The translations under genes and the position numbers were made by a program. DNA of 49,036 nt. It comes from a virus. Its lineage: Duplodnaviria > Heunggongvirae > Uroviricota > Caudoviricetes. The stretch covers positions 1 to 49,036 of IMG/VR virus record IMGVR_UViG_2531839476_000015; one strand, 5' to 3'. Shown here one piece after another: positions 1-9,522 of this stretch. Position 1 is the stretch's first letter; every line of letters starts with the position of its first letter. The notes beneath the pieces are model-generated. The model was not told the origin of the DNA, ran no database searches, and saw only the letters and a list, made by a program, of their open reading frames with translations.

Positions 1-1074
1 TCATTTGTCGATTTCAATTTTGTCCCATTCCCGTCCACGGCTGTCCCTATACCGCGCCGCCATTAAATCTGATTTATGCCCGAGAAGACGTTGAGCAAAC
101 TTATCGCCAATCTGGTTCCGGTATAGCCTCGCTGACAGGCTACGCAGTTCATGGAATGTTGGCGGGTTTCCATCAAATGAGAGTCCAGATGCATTTCTCG
201 CCTTTGTAAAATACTTTGATACTGTTTTCGGGGAAAGCGGATCGTGATGCTTTGATGCGATTATAGTTTCACTGCTGCTGGCCTCCCTGCATTTCTGTAG
301 TGTATCAGCCAATGAGATATTGAGCGCGTCAATCGTTAGCGTTAGCGGAATGGCGAGTTTAGCCCCTGTTTTACTCTGTTCAATGTGAAGATGGTTGTCG
401 TTTATGTCTGACCATTTCATTCTGCACAAATCGCCGACTCTCTGCCCTGTAACGACGGCCAAATCCATCGCCAGCCTTAGCCAGATAGGGAGAGGTTCGG
501 CTGCATGGTAAATCTCGACATACTCATTAGCTGTCAGCCTTGAGCGCCTTACTTCTGACTTTGCTGTACGGGTTGCTGTTACCGGATTCGTTGCAACATG
601 CCCCTCGGCTATTGCTTCACGAAAAACGTCAACAAGGGTTGACCTGATTAATTTTGCGGAAGCTGCTTTACCTTCTGCCACGTAGGTGTTTAGCATTGCT
701 GCCACTTCTTTCGTTGATATGTCAGTGAGCGGTTTGTCCGGCAATTTTCTTCGGATTGCCCTGATTTTGCTGGCGTAGTCGAGTAGAGTTTTCGGCCTGA
801 TCCCTCTTTCGGTGAGGATTCTTTCATATCGGTCAAGCCACACATGAAGAGTGATTGCGTCACCGCCTTTAATTCTGTCTATCAGTGATTTGCGTCCGCT
901 GTCTGAGAGTAACTCAATATTGGCCTGTATTGCTTCAGTGATTGCTATCCTCCTGTCTCGGCCTAATCCAAACTCTTTACCCGTCCTTGGGTCCCTGTAG
1001 CAGTAATATCCATTGTTTCTTATATAAAGGTTAGGGGGTAAATCCCGGCGCTCATGACTTCGCCTTCTTCCCAT
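1..1074 (-). CDS. int: Tyrosine integrase, lambda Int family (complete; stop codon at window positions 1-3)
   Basis: ORF track 357 aa; N-terminus MGRRRSHERRDLPPNLYIRNNGYYCYRDPRTGKEFGLG and C-terminal HELRSLSARLY...LLGHKSD...YRDDRGREWDKIEI match lambda Int as I recall it, with divergence in the middle. Confidence 0.95.
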   Translation of the reverse strand: MGRRRSHERRDLPPNLYIRNNGYYCYRDPRTGKEFGLGRDRRIAITEAIQANIELLSDSGRKSLIDRIKGGDAITLHVWLDRYERILTERGIRPKTLLDYASKIRAIRRKLPDKPLTDISTKEVAAMLNTYVAEGKAASAKLIRSTLVDVFREAIAEGHVATNPVTATRTAKSEVRRSRLTANEYVEIYHAAEPLPIWLRLAMDLAVVTGQRVGDLCRMKWSDINDNHLHIEQSKTGAKLAIPLTLTIDALNISLADTLQKCREASSSETIIASKHHDPLSPKTVSKYFTKARNASGLSFDGNPPTFHELRSLSARLYRNQIGDKFAQRLLGHKSDLMAARYRDSRGREWDKIEIDK

Positions 1075-1270
1075 TTCTGATCCTCTTCAAAAGGCTACCT
1101 GTTACTGGTCGATTTAAGTCAACCTTTACCGCTGATTCGTGGAACAGATACTCTCTGCCATCCTTAACCGGAGGAGGGAATATCCTGCATTCGCGCACCC
1201 ATCGACGAACTGTTTCAAGGCTTCTTGGGCGTCGCTGGCGAGCGTTCCACTCCTGAAGTGTCAAGTACAT
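1052..1270 (-). CDS. xis: Excisionase
   Basis: 72 aa MYLTLQEWNARQRRPRSLETVRRWVRECRIFPPPVKDGREYLFHESAVKVDLNRP..., essentially lambda Xis; overlaps int start as in lambda. Confidence 0.92.
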   Translation of the reverse strand: MYLTLQEWNARQRRPRSLETVRRWVRECRIFPPPVKDGREYLFHESAVKVDLNRPVTGSLLKRIRNGKKAKS

Positions 1271-1309
1271 CGCAAAGTCTCCGCAATTACACGCAAGAAA
1301 AAACCGCCA

Positions 1310-1561
1310 TCAGGCGGCTTGGTGTTCTTTCAGTTCTTCAATTCGAATATTGGTTACATTGTTTTCATATATGAATAATAAATTAGCTTTTTTCGTTGCC
1401 TTCGCGTTCTTTATTAATTTTGACAAACTCGTTTTTACCACGCTCTCCAAATGCGTCTTTAGAGTCGTTGTATCCGCAATCGCAGCACACATAATCACCA
1501 GACCATCCACGCATTGTTTTTCTTTTGCAATATTTCCAGAACCGCATTTTGGACAAGACAT
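1310..1561 (-). CDS. Hypothetical small protein with N-terminal zinc-ribbon-like CPKCGSG motif
   Basis: ORF track 1310..1594; I place the start at the internal Met (MSCPKCGSG) because a GGAG sits about 8 nt upstream; AT-rich coding sequence. Confidence 0.45.
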   Translation of the reverse strand: MSCPKCGSGNIAKEKQCVDGLVIMCAAIADTTTLKTHLESVVKTSLSKLIKNAKATKKANLLFIYENNVTNIRIEELKEHQAA

Positions 1562-1657
1562 ATCACTAACTCCAAAGCATGAGTGAGATGACAACGTAAC
1601 ATTGATTGGAGATTAACAATAGATTGCTGATGTAAAAGATATGTATAAGCTTCGCTT

Positions 1658-2545
1658 TCAAAGTGGAGGCTCTGGTAGCGGCATCCAGTGTGACGGTTTC
1701 CACGACGCACCAGGAATTATCCACCCATCATTAGCGTCAGGATGCCCCGGGATGTAAGTAGCCCATTTCATTCGCCAGTCACCTTTCCTGTCAAACTCCA
1801 CGGCAACAAGAACGGCTGTTTTGGTATTCGGCATTCGCTCACTACAGCTTATCCAACCATCCGGAGTCACCGGAACTTGTGGAATGGCTGTCTGCTCTCG
1901 AACGTCATTAGGCGCTATAGGTTCTGCTGCCAACTGACTGGCATATTTGTTAATGGTAACGATAAGCTCTTGCTCAGCCTCATCCAGACAATCACCGATA
2001 CCTCGCCTGTCACCGTCAAAATCATCGACATCGGCACGAATCTTGGCAACCTTCAGGATTGCGGACAACACCTCACTAGGAATTACCGGATAGTTGGTTG
2101 ACGTTTCCGCGATTTCCCGAAAATTATTGGTTGACGAATTCTTGTTTTCCCGAAAGTTTCCGGACTGAAGCATAGCGGCACGGCAGGCGTTCCAGCCTCT
2201 CACCTCTGCAATAGCGGCAACAGCATCAACCGCGTACATGCTAAGAGGATTAGGCATTGGTTTTTCTTCCGGTACTACTGGTGCTGGAGGGGCGGCGTAA
2301 ATGCCCTCTATCACTAAATGTTTGCGCTCAAAATCATCTGGCTCTCGATGATATACGTAACTCCAATCACCAAGGTTATCATTGCGCCTGCAACGGAAAC
2401 CTATCGGCTCGGCTTCCAGCGCTGCCAGAGCAATTCGTGCCAGTTCTTCCGCTTCTTCTGCTGGCAGTACAACGTTGCTACCAGGTCCGTATGTTTCGCG
2501 CCACTGTTTGATTGTCAGCAGTCGCCCTTTGGTAATAGTGATCAT
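1658..2545 (-). CDS. Hypothetical early-region protein with DUF551-like C-terminus (HWMPLPEPP tail)
   Basis: 295-aa ORF; C-terminal segment DGWISCSERMP...WKPSHWMPLPEPP resembles the DUF551 family common in lambdoid ea-region genes (recalled, not searched). Confidence 0.6.
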   Translation of the reverse strand: MITITKGRLLTIKQWRETYGPGSNVVLPAEEAEELARIALAALEAEPIGFRCRRNDNLGDWSYVYHREPDDFERKHLVIEGIYAAPPAPVVPEEKPMPNPLSMYAVDAVAAIAEVRGWNACRAAMLQSGNFRENKNSSTNNFREIAETSTNYPVIPSEVLSAILKVAKIRADVDDFDGDRRGIGDCLDEAEQELIVTINKYASQLAAEPIAPNDVREQTAIPQVPVTPDGWISCSERMPNTKTAVLVAVEFDRKGDWRMKWATYIPGHPDANDGWIIPGASWKPSHWMPLPEPPL

Positions 2546-3057
2546 GCCGCGTTTCCTTCTTTCTTATTAACAATTACACCGTCATATATTTCATTAAGGT
2601 GCCCTCTCAACTCCATGCGCCTTAAGGCAGACAACATGTAATCGCATTCAACCTGCTTATTCCCAATAAAAGGTTTATCCTCAGGGTTACCCCAACAGCA
2701 ATTCCCCTTGGGCCATCCATGTACTTTCCGTACTCTTCCGTTAACAACGTGAAGTAATCCCCAGCCAGGTGGTAAATCCTCAATTGAAATAGTTCCCGGC
2801 TCACTAATAAAGAATCGCCAGTCTCCCATTCCAAGAGACGGATTTTTACGAAAACGCTTTTTTCTATCTGCCAACAAGTCAGCACGAGAACATTTCGCCT
2901 CTATCAGGCATGATGCTGAATTTCTGAATCCCATAGCATCTGGCTGTTCTCCGGTACTGGTTACGGCTATAAAGCGGTCATGAAAGCAAACCTTGAACCC
3001 GTTGCGCTTAAGGAACTTGTACGCAATCTGACAGAGTTCTCGGTGTGTTAACGCCAT
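2542..3057 (-). CDS. Hypothetical protein; possible PD-(D/E)xK-like motif (D...CLIEAKC)
   Basis: ORF track 2542..3219; the upstream gene overlaps the 5' part, so I start at internal Met MALTHREL (3057) just after the upstream stop; motif assignment is weak. Confidence 0.45.
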   Translation of the reverse strand: MALTHRELCQIAYKFLKRNGFKVCFHDRFIAVTSTGEQPDAMGFRNSASCLIEAKCSRADLLADRKKRFRKNPSLGMGDWRFFISEPGTISIEDLPPGWGLLHVVNGRVRKVHGWPKGNCCWGNPEDKPFIGNKQVECDYMLSALRRMELRGHLNEIYDGVIVNKKEGNAA

Positions 3058-3058
3058 C

Positions 3059-3829
3059 TCACTCTCCTTTGATGCGAATGCCAGCGGCGCGCTTGGCTTC
3101 ACTTTGTTCCCAAAACCACTTGTGAAGCGCCATAAGCTTTTCGTCAATCGGTGCATATTTGCGATTAAAGTAGGCCTGAGCATCTTTCTCAGATTCGTCC
3201 GGTAATTCGCCAGGGCCAAACAGTGTGTTATAAATCCATGCTAGTCCGCTCTTAGCGTCGCCAGTTGCCTGCCATTCGATAATGGCAGCCTGCATGACCA
3301 GAATGTTTTTCCCGATTAATAGGTCCAGTTCTTTGTACCGGTTGCGGATGTATGCATTCTCGCTTTGTAATTTTGCGTTGCGCTTTTCTGAGGCTTCAAG
3401 TAACGCCTGCTTATCGCGTAGAGCTTCTTCCAGTTCAGCAACATGGCATTCACTATCAATAAGGTTGTTCTCTGCTGCTTCAAGCTCAACACGCAGCTTC
3501 CCAACCGTAAGCGCAATCCCCTCGTTCTCCTGGTCGCGGCGTTTGATGTATTGCTGGTTTCTTTCCCGTTCATCCAGCAGTTCCAGCACGGTAGCCGGGT
3601 TAGCCTCTGCTATGAATTCAGCGTTTGCATAAGCCTGAGCATCTGATTCAATCAGGCAGTTAACATGACATTCCGCAATCACGCCACCGGGTTCTCCTTT
3701 CCATTTTTGGCAAACAAAAACTCCTGTTAAATTGCCGTGCTGGTTAACAGATGTATGCCCTACGATGTAGCTTCCTTTAGTTGCTTTTTCTGCCTTTTCA
3801 CGCAGTGCCTGATAATTAATTTCGCTCAC
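3059..3829 (-). CDS. ea22: Ea22-like protein
   Basis: 256 aa; N-terminus MSEIN.QALRE, internal LELLDERERNQQYIKRRDQENE.IALTVGKLRVELE and C-terminus AGIRIKGE match lambda Ea22 as recalled; start codon is GTG. Confidence 0.7.
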   Translation of the reverse strand: MSEINYQALREKAEKATKGSYIVGHTSVNQHGNLTGVFVCQKWKGEPGGVIAECHVNCLIESDAQAYANAEFIAEANPATVLELLDERERNQQYIKRRDQENEGIALTVGKLRVELEAAENNLIDSECHVAELEEALRDKQALLEASEKRNAKLQSENAYIRNRYKELDLLIGKNILVMQAAIIEWQATGDAKSGLAWIYNTLFGPGELPDESEKDAQAYFNRKYAPIDEKLMALHKWFWEQSEAKRAAGIRIKGE

Positions 3830-3984
3830 TTCGAACCTCTCTGTTTACTGATAAGCTCCAGATCCTCCTGGCAACTTGCACAAGTCCGACAACCCTGAAC
3901 TGCCAGGCGTCTTCGTTCATCTATCGGATCGCCACACTCACAACAATGAGTTGCGGATACAGTCTGGTAGTTCAGGCGACGCAT
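3826..3984 (-). CDS. TraR/DksA-family C4 zinc-finger protein (52 aa)
   Basis: Not in ORF track (<60 aa); my translation MRRLNYQTVSATHCCECGDPIDERRRLAVQGCRTCASCQEDLELISKQRGSK has a CxxC...CxxC pattern with the P...RR spacing typical of TraR-like phage proteins; its stop overlaps the ea22 GTG start (GTGA). Confidence 0.5.
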   Translation of the reverse strand: MRRLNYQTVSATHCCECGDPIDERRRLAVQGCRTCASCQEDLELISKQRGSK

Positions 3985-4100
3985 TTTTATTGCTGTATTG
4001 CGCTGTAATTATTCAATTTCTGATGCTGAATCAATGATATCTGCCATCTTTCATTAATCCCTGAATTGTTGGTTAATACGCTTGAGGGTGAATGCGAATA

Positions 4101-4123
4101 ATAAAAAAGGAGCCTGTAGCTCC
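4101..4123 (-). terminator. Putative intrinsic terminator (hairpin GGAGC-tacag-GCTCC followed by T tract on minus strand)
   Basis: Inverted repeat with adjacent A run on plus strand (T run on minus); lies downstream of the 71-aa gene; coordinates approximate. Confidence 0.4.
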
Positions 4124-4145
4124 CTGATGATTTTGCTTTTCATGT

Positions 4146-4361
4146 TCACCGTTCCTTAAAGACGCCGTTTAACATACCGATTGCCAGACTTAAGTGAGTC
4201 GGTGTGAATCCCATCAGCGTTACCGTTTCGCGGTGCTTCTTCAGTACGCTACGGCAAATGTCATCGACGTTTTTATCCGGAAACTGCTGTCTGGCTTTTT
4301 TGATTTCATAATTAGCCTGACGGGCAATGCTGCGAAGGGCGTTATTATGTTCTATTGTCAT
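4146..4361 (-). CDS. Hypothetical protein (71 aa)
   Basis: ORF track 4146..4499; internal Met MTIEHNNALRS begins right after the upstream gene stop (4369); no recognisable motif. Confidence 0.4.
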   Translation of the reverse strand: MTIEHNNALRSIARQANYEIKKARQQFPDKNVDDICRSVLKKHRETVTLMGFTPTHLSLAIGMLNGVFKER

Positions 4362-4368
4362 ATTGGCC

Positions 4369-5121
4369 TCACACTTCGAATGCCAGTTGAGGGGTAAAGA
4401 CGTCCCGTTCAGCGTTGTAATTAAGTGAACTGGCACTGTTGAATGATTCAATGCGTTCCACAAGAACTTGCGTACGGGTTTCTTTACTTGCGGGAGCATA
4501 TGGCGAACCTACCCAGGATTTGTCGATGCCTATATTTCTTGCGACGTTCGTGCTGTCTGCAGACGAAAGCGGTACATGAGTAAAAATGTCTTTATTTAAC
4601 ATCCGTAACCCATGAATCTTGGTGATTGGGTAGCCGTACTGATCTACAACATGACGTATAAGATCGCGTAGTTTAGCCCGACACGCTCTCGGTCGTTTTG
4701 CATCGTATTCCCCCATCGAGCCGATGCAGACGCGGGGAAACTCATGGCACAGACGAATAAATCGCTCATCTGGTTCGTTCATGTGCCACACCGGAGCACC
4801 AATAAATTTACCGTGAGGCCATGCCGCAATCAGGGCGTCATTCTCTTCACTGGTTCCGCCGATAACATCCGGGATAACCGCGAATGAGAAACGAGGGTGA
4901 TTGCCCCAGCGTTCAACAAATCTGTAATATTCATTCCAGTCTACGGCCTTGTTTTTTGTCCAGAATGTGAATGCACCATTATCAAGAGCAAATGATTGGG
5001 TGACTTCGGAAGCCAGATCAATCTGAGCTGGATTAGCAAAACTGATGAATGCGTGTCTGCCTTTCCAGGCTTTCAACGCACAGGTATCGGGAGTTATTGG
5101 ACCACCGTGAAAATGAATCAT
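4369..5121 (-). CDS. Conserved hypothetical early-region protein (250 aa), function unassigned
   Basis: Long ORF with ordinary codon usage between exo and the ea genes; not a lambda gene at this position; I could not match a family from sequence alone. Confidence 0.6.
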   Translation of the reverse strand: MIHFHGGPITPDTCALKAWKGRHAFISFANPAQIDLASEVTQSFALDNGAFTFWTKNKAVDWNEYYRFVERWGNHPRFSFAVIPDVIGGTSEENDALIAAWPHGKFIGAPVWHMNEPDERFIRLCHEFPRVCIGSMGEYDAKRPRACRAKLRDLIRHVVDQYGYPITKIHGLRMLNKDIFTHVPLSSADSTNVARNIGIDKSWVGSPYAPASKETRTQVLVERIESFNSASSLNYNAERDVFTPQLAFEV

Positions 5122-5272
5122 ACACTCTCCCGTTTATTATTTATCTCCTCAGCCAGCCGCTGGGCTTTCAGCGGATTTCGGATAACAGAAAGGCCGGGAA
5201 ATACCCAGCCTCGCTTTGTAACGGAGTAGACGAAAGTGATCGCGCCTACCCGGATATTATCGTGAGGATGCG

Positions 5273-5953
5273 TCATCGCCATTGCTCCCCAAATACAAAA
5301 CCAATTTCAGCCAGTGCCTCGTCCATTTTTTCGATGAACTCCGGCACCATCTCGTCAAAACTCGCTATGTACTTTTCATCCCGCTCAACCACGACATAAT
5401 GCAGGCCTTCACGCTTCATACGCGGGTCATAGTTGGCAAAGTACCAGGCATCTTTTCGCGTCACCCACATGCTGTACTGCACCTGGGCCATGTAAGCCGA
5501 CTTTATGGCCTCGAAACCACCGAGCCGGAACTTCATGAAATCCCGGGAGGTAAACGGGCATTTCAGTTCAAGGCCGTTGCCGTCACTGCATAAACCATCG
5601 GGAGAGCAGGCGGTGCGCATACTTTCGTCGCGATAGATGATCGGGGATTCAGTAACATTCACGCCGGAAGTAAACTCAAACAGGGCTCTGGCGTCGTTCT
5701 CGTACTGTTTTCCCCACGCCAGTGCCTTAGCATTAACTTCCGGAGCCACACCGGTGCAAACCTCAGCCAGCAGGGTGTGGAAGTAGGACATTTTCATGTC
5801 AGGCCACTTCTTTCCTGAGCGGGGCTTTGCTATCACGTTGTGAACTTCTGAAGCGGTGATGACGCCGAGCCGTAATTTGTGCCATGCATCATCCCCCTGT
5901 TCGACAGCTCTCACGTCGATCCCGGTACGCTGCAGTATAATGTCCGGTGTCAT
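5273..5953 (-). CDS. exo: Lambda exonuclease (Red-alpha, YqaJ-like)
   Basis: 226 aa, near-identical to lambda Exo ([50 protein letters not shown]...). Confidence 0.97.
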   Translation of the reverse strand: MTPDIILQRTGIDVRAVEQGDDAWHKLRLGVITASEVHNVIAKPRSGKKWPDMKMSYFHTLLAEVCTGVAPEVNAKALAWGKQYENDARALFEFTSGVNVTESPIIYRDESMRTACSPDGLCSDGNGLELKCPFTSRDFMKFRLGGFEAIKSAYMAQVQYSMWVTRKDAWYFANYDPRMKREGLHYVVVERDEKYIASFDEMVPEFIEKMDEALAEIGFVFGEQWR

Positions 5954-6735
5954 GCTGCCACCTTCTGCTCAGTGGCTTTCTGTTTCAGGAATCCAAGAGC
6001 TTTCACTGCTTCGGCCTGTGTCAGTTCTGACGATGCGCGAATGTCGCGGCGAAATATCTGGGAACAGAGCGGCAATAAGTCGTCATCCCATGTTTTATCC
6101 AGGGCAATCAGCAGAGTGTTAATCTCCTGCATGGTTTCATCGTTAACCGGAGTGATGTCGCGTTCCGGCTGACGTTCTGCAGTGTATGCGGTATTTTCGA
6201 CAATGCGCTCGGCTTCATCCTTGTCATAGATACCAGCAAATCCGAAGGCGAGACGGGCACACTGAATCATGGCTTTATGCCGTAACATCCGTTTGGGATG
6301 CGACTGCCACGGCCCCGTGATTTCTCTGCCTTCGCGGGTTTTGAATGGTTCGCGGCGGCATTCATCCATCCACTCGGTAACGCAGATCGGATGATTGCGG
6401 TCTTTGCGGTAAATCCGGCATGTGCAGGATTCATTGTCCTGCTCAAAGTCCATGCCATCAAACTGCTGGTTTTCATTGATGATGCGGGACCAGCCATCAA
6501 CGCCCACCACCGGAACGATGCCGTTCTGCTTGTCAGGGAAGGCGTAAATTTCTTTCGTCCACGGATTAAGGCCGTACTGGTTGGCGACGATCAACAATGC
6601 GATGAACTGCGCATCGCTGGCATCACCTTTAAATGCCGTCTGGCGAAGAGTGGTGATCAGTTCCTGTGGGTCGACAGAATCCATGCCGACACGTTCAGCC
6701 AGCTTCCCTGCCAGCGTTGCGAGTGCTGTACTCAT
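5950..6735 (-). CDS. bet: Red-beta single-strand annealing protein
   Basis: 261 aa, near-identical to lambda Beta ([59 protein letters not shown]...). Confidence 0.97.
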   Translation of the reverse strand: MSTALATLAGKLAERVGMDSVDPQELITTLRQTAFKGDASDAQFIALLIVANQYGLNPWTKEIYAFPDKQNGIVPVVGVDGWSRIINENQQFDGMDFEQDNESCTCRIYRKDRNHPICVTEWMDECRREPFKTREGREITGPWQSHPKRMLRHKAMIQCARLAFGFAGIYDKDEAERIVENTAYTAERQPERDITPVNDETMQEINTLLIALDKTWDDDLLPLCSQIFRRDIRASSELTQAEAVKALGFLKQKATEQKVAA

Positions 6736-6740
6736 CCGTT

Positions 6741-7157
6741 TTATACCTCTGAATCAATATCAACCTGGTGGTGAGCAATGGTTTCAACCATGTACCGGAT
6801 GTGTTCTGCCATGCGCTCCTGAAACTCAACATCGTCATCAAACGCACGGGTAATGGCTTTTTTGCTGGCCCCGTGGCGTTGCAAATGATCGATGCATAGC
6901 GATTCAAACAGGTGCTGGGGCAGGCCTTTTTCCATGTCGTCTGCCAGTTCTGCCTCTTTCTCTTCACGGGCGATCTGCTGGTAGTGACGCGCCCAGCTCT
7001 GAGCCTCAAGACGATCCTGAATGTAATAAGCGTTCATGGCTGAACTCCTGAAATAGTTGTGAAAATATCGCCCGCTAAATGCCGGGCTGATTAGGAAAAC
7101 AGGAAAGGGGGTTAGTGAATGCTTTTGCTTGATCTCAGTTTCAGCATTAATATCCAT
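6741..7157 (-). CDS. gam: Gam, RecBCD inhibitor
   Basis: ORF track 6741..7202; start placed at [27 protein letters not shown]... giving 138 aa as in lambda Gam. Confidence 0.92.
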   Translation of the reverse strand: MDINAETEIKQKHSLTPFPVFLISPAFSGRYFHNYFRSSAMNAYYIQDRLEAQSWARHYQQIAREEKEAELADDMEKGLPQHLFESLCIDHLQRHGASKKAITRAFDDDVEFQERMAEHIRYMVETIAHHQVDIDSEV

Positions 7158-7254
7158 TTTTATAAGCGTCGACGGCTTCACGAAACATCTTTTCATCGCC
7201 AATAAAAGTGGCGATAGTGAATTTAGTCTGGATAGCCATAAGTGTTTGATCCAT
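7147..7254 (-). CDS. kil: Kil (host killing / FtsZ inhibitor), apparently shorter than lambda Kil
   Basis: Internal Met [32 protein letters not shown] matches lambda Kil N-terminus; C-terminus differs and overlaps gam start. Confidence 0.6.
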   Translation of the reverse strand: MDQTLMAIQTKFTIATFIGDEKMFREAVDAYKNGY

Positions 7255-7387
7255 TCTTTGGGACTCCTGGCTGATTAAGTATGTCGATAAGGCGTTTCCA
7301 TCCGTCACGTAATTTACGGGTGATTCGTTCAAGTAAAGATTCGGAAGGGCAGCCAGCAACAGGCCACCCTGCAATGGCATATTGCAT
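7223..7387 (-). CDS. cIII: cIII, FtsH protease inhibitor
   Basis: 54 aa [54 protein letters not shown], lambda cIII. Confidence 0.9.
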   Translation of the reverse strand: MQYAIAGWPVAGCPSESLLERITRKLRDGWKRLIDILNQPGVPKNGSNTYGYPD

Positions 7388-7459
7388 GGTGTGCTCCTTA
7401 TTTATACATAACGAAAAACGCCTCGAGTGAAGCGTTATTGGTATGCGGTAAAACCGCAC

Positions 7460-7828
7460 TCAGACGGCCTTGATAGTCATATCATCTGAATCAAATATTC
7501 CTGATGTATCGATATCGGTAATTCTTATTCCTTCGCTACCATCCATTGGAGGCCATCCTTCCTGACCATTTCCATCATTCCAGTCGAACTCACACACAAC
7601 ACCATATGCATTTAAGTCGCTTGAAATTGCGATAAGCAGAGCATGTTGCGCCAGCATGATTAATACAGCATTTAATACAGAGCCGTGTTTATTGAGTCGG
7701 TATTCAGAGTCTGACCAGAAATTATTAATCTGGTGAAGTTTTTCCTCTGTCATTACGTCATGGTCGATTTCAATTTCTATTGATGCTTTCCAGTCGTAAT
7801 CAATGATGTATTTTTTGATGTTTGACAT
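7460..7828 (-). CDS. ea10: Ea10-like protein
   Basis: 122 aa acidic protein at the lambda ea10 position, immediately upstream (in transcription order) of cIII. Confidence 0.7.
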   Translation of the reverse strand: MSNIKKYIIDYDWKASIEIEIDHDVMTEEKLHQINNFWSDSEYRLNKHGSVLNAVLIMLAQHALLIAISSDLNAYGVVCEFDWNDGNGQEGWPPMDGSEGIRITDIDTSGIFDSDDMTIKAV

Positions 7829-7856
7829 CTATTCATATCCTCATAGATAAAAAATC

Positions 7857-7874
7857 GCCCTCACACTGGAGGGC
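7857..7874 (-). terminator. Hairpin GCCCTC-n6-GAGGGC plus T tract just upstream of ea10 (tL-like, N-antiterminated)
   Basis: Inverted repeat with T run on the minus strand; coordinates approximate. Confidence 0.4.
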
Positions 7875-8016
7875 AAAGAAGATTTCCAATAATCAGAACA
7901 AGTCGACTCCTGTTTAGTTACGAGTGACATTGCTCCGTGTATTCACTCGTTGAAATGAATACACAGTGCAGTGTTTATTCTGTTGTTTGCGTGAAAATGA
8001 AACCCGCCTGAGCGGG

Positions 8017-8745
8017 TTATGACCACTTTTTGTTTGGATTTCGTTGGTGAGCGTGGTTTACAGGATTATTTGATATACCCCATAACTCTGACTCGCTTAT
8101 CTCTACACGAGAGAAAGACCTGCTTTCTTTCAGTTCTTTTATAAACCTAGAACCTACGATGACATCTATTGTCCCAGAAAGTTCTTGTAAAAGATCTTTG
8201 TTTTTTCTGAGGAAGAAAACATCTTCTTTATATTTAATTTTTACATAGAATTTATTCTGTATTTTTAATATATCAAAGCATGGCAGATATCTATATCCCT
8301 CATGCTTTCGCCACTGCTTAACAATTATAACATCTCTTTCATTTACTGCATTAATCAGCCCAAGACCAAGTATAGGTATGAATATTCTATTGTCTGCCGA
8401 AAGCGTACAATTATCACCACCAGGCAAATATGTATAAATCATGTCGGAATTTTTATACGCATCAACGAATGCACGTAAGAATCGTACATATTTTTGCCAT
8501 CCGTTTATACCAAATTTACCATATAAGTATTCTTTATTTGTTAGAAGAAAACTATTTGTATCAGGAGCCTTATCTACAGACCTGTCGATAAGATCTCCAA
8601 CTACGTTTACAAAGTCAAAGACAGAGTTTAATAAGAACAATTGTCTTTCAGTCGGGCGAATTTCAATTATGTAGCCTGGATGAAGACGATATTGCATCTG
8701 CTTACGAAGTATACTGAACGCTTGGGTCCGGGCATCTGAAAGCAA
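8017..8745 (-). CDS. Hypothetical protein in AT-rich insert at the ral/sieB slot; candidate exclusion/defence gene, no family assigned
   Basis: 242-aa ORF from a TTG start (226 aa if ATG at 8697, MQYRLHPGYIIEIRP); DNA is markedly AT-rich versus flanking lambda genes; hairpins at both ends; no Walker A or other motif I can name. Confidence 0.7.
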   Translation of the reverse strand: MLSDARTQAFSILRKQMQYRLHPGYIIEIRPTERQLFLLNSVFDFVNVVGDLIDRSVDKAPDTNSFLLTNKEYLYGKFGINGWQKYVRFLRAFVDAYKNSDMIYTYLPGGDNCTLSADNRIFIPILGLGLINAVNERDVIIVKQWRKHEGYRYLPCFDILKIQNKFYVKIKYKEDVFFLRKNKDLLQELSGTIDVIVGSRFIKELKESRSFSRVEISESELWGISNNPVNHAHQRNPNKKWS

Positions 8746-8893
8746 CTTCCTGTCGCCATCGCCGTGAGCATTGTTTCTAATAAAACTGATATAATTTGCT
8801 AATTTTTCAGCCTCTTTTTTGTGTTTTTTCGTTCTGATGCTGAGTCTATTGGTTTTGGTATGGACTTGTAATCAATTTTCTTCATTACGTACC

Positions 8894-9217
8894 TCATGCC
8901 AATGGAATGGATTTCCCTTTAACCTTTTGTCTTCCTTGACAAGTTATACCGAACTCACTTGGCTTGCTATACCAAACTCGATGATTCTTGCGCTCAATAC
9001 GTTGCAGGTTGCTTTCAATCTGTTCGTGGTATTCAGCCAGCACCGTAAGGTCTATCGGATTCAGTGCGCTTTCTACTCGTGATTTCGGTTTGCGATTCAG
9101 CGAGAGAATAGGGCGGTTAACTGGTTTAGCGCTTACCCCAACCAACAGGGGATTTGCTGCTTTCCATTGAGCCTGTTTCTCTGCGCGACGTTCGCGGCGT
9201 CGTGTTTGTGCATCCAT
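8894..9217 (-). CDS. N: Antiterminator N
   Basis: Internal Met MDAQTRRRERRAEKQAQWKAANPLLVGVSAKPVNRPILSLNRKPKSRVESALNPIDLTVLAEYH... gives 107 aa as lambda N. Confidence 0.93.
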   Translation of the reverse strand: MDAQTRRRERRAEKQAQWKAANPLLVGVSAKPVNRPILSLNRKPKSRVESALNPIDLTVLAEYHEQIESNLQRIERKNHRVWYSKPSEFGITCQGRQKVKGKSIPLA

Positions 9218-9389
9218 CTTGATTTTCCTGTCAGTTAGCTTTGGTGGTGTGGTAGGTGGGAGACCCATTTCGACCTGCTTCGGCCGACTTCAATTCGGCA
9301 ATAGTTCCGCAGGCCTCGCCGCTTTACGTGCGACATATTCCCATCCATGAACCCTTCACCACACCCCAAAGCTTTCTGCTTTGAATGCT

Positions 9390-9420
9390 GCCCTTCTTCA
9401 GGGCTTAATTTTTAAGAGCG
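9390..9420 (-). promoter_or_regulatory. nutL: nutL (boxB hairpin GCCCTGAAGAAGGGC and boxA CGCTCTTA on minus strand)
   Basis: Exact lambda nutL boxB and boxA sequences read on the minus strand upstream of N. Confidence 0.75.
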
Positions 9421-9459
9421 TCACCTTCATGGTGGTCAGTGCGTCCTGCTGATGTGCTT

Positions 9460-9522
9460 AGTATCACCGTCAGTGGTATTTATGTCAACACCGCCAGAGA
9501 TAATTTATCACCGCAGATGGTT
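9460..9522 (-). promoter_or_regulatory. OL1-OL2-OL3 operators with pL promoter (TTGACA ... GATACT on minus strand)
   Basis: Three 17-bp TATCACCG-type half-palindromes (tatcaccgtcagtggta, caacaccgccagagata, tatcaccgcagatggtt) matching lambda OL; -35/-10 hexamers in expected place. Confidence 0.8.

Noticed and set aside
1139-1378. Plus-strand ORF of 79 aa overlapping xis
   Set aside because: Antisense to the well-supported xis gene and to the AT-rich region downstream; no start context.
4369-5121. DpdA / tRNA-guanine transglycosylase-like identity for the 250-aa early protein
   Set aside because: I could not find the conserved catalytic Asp motifs or a zinc-binding CxCxxC...H cluster by eye, so it stays hypothetical.
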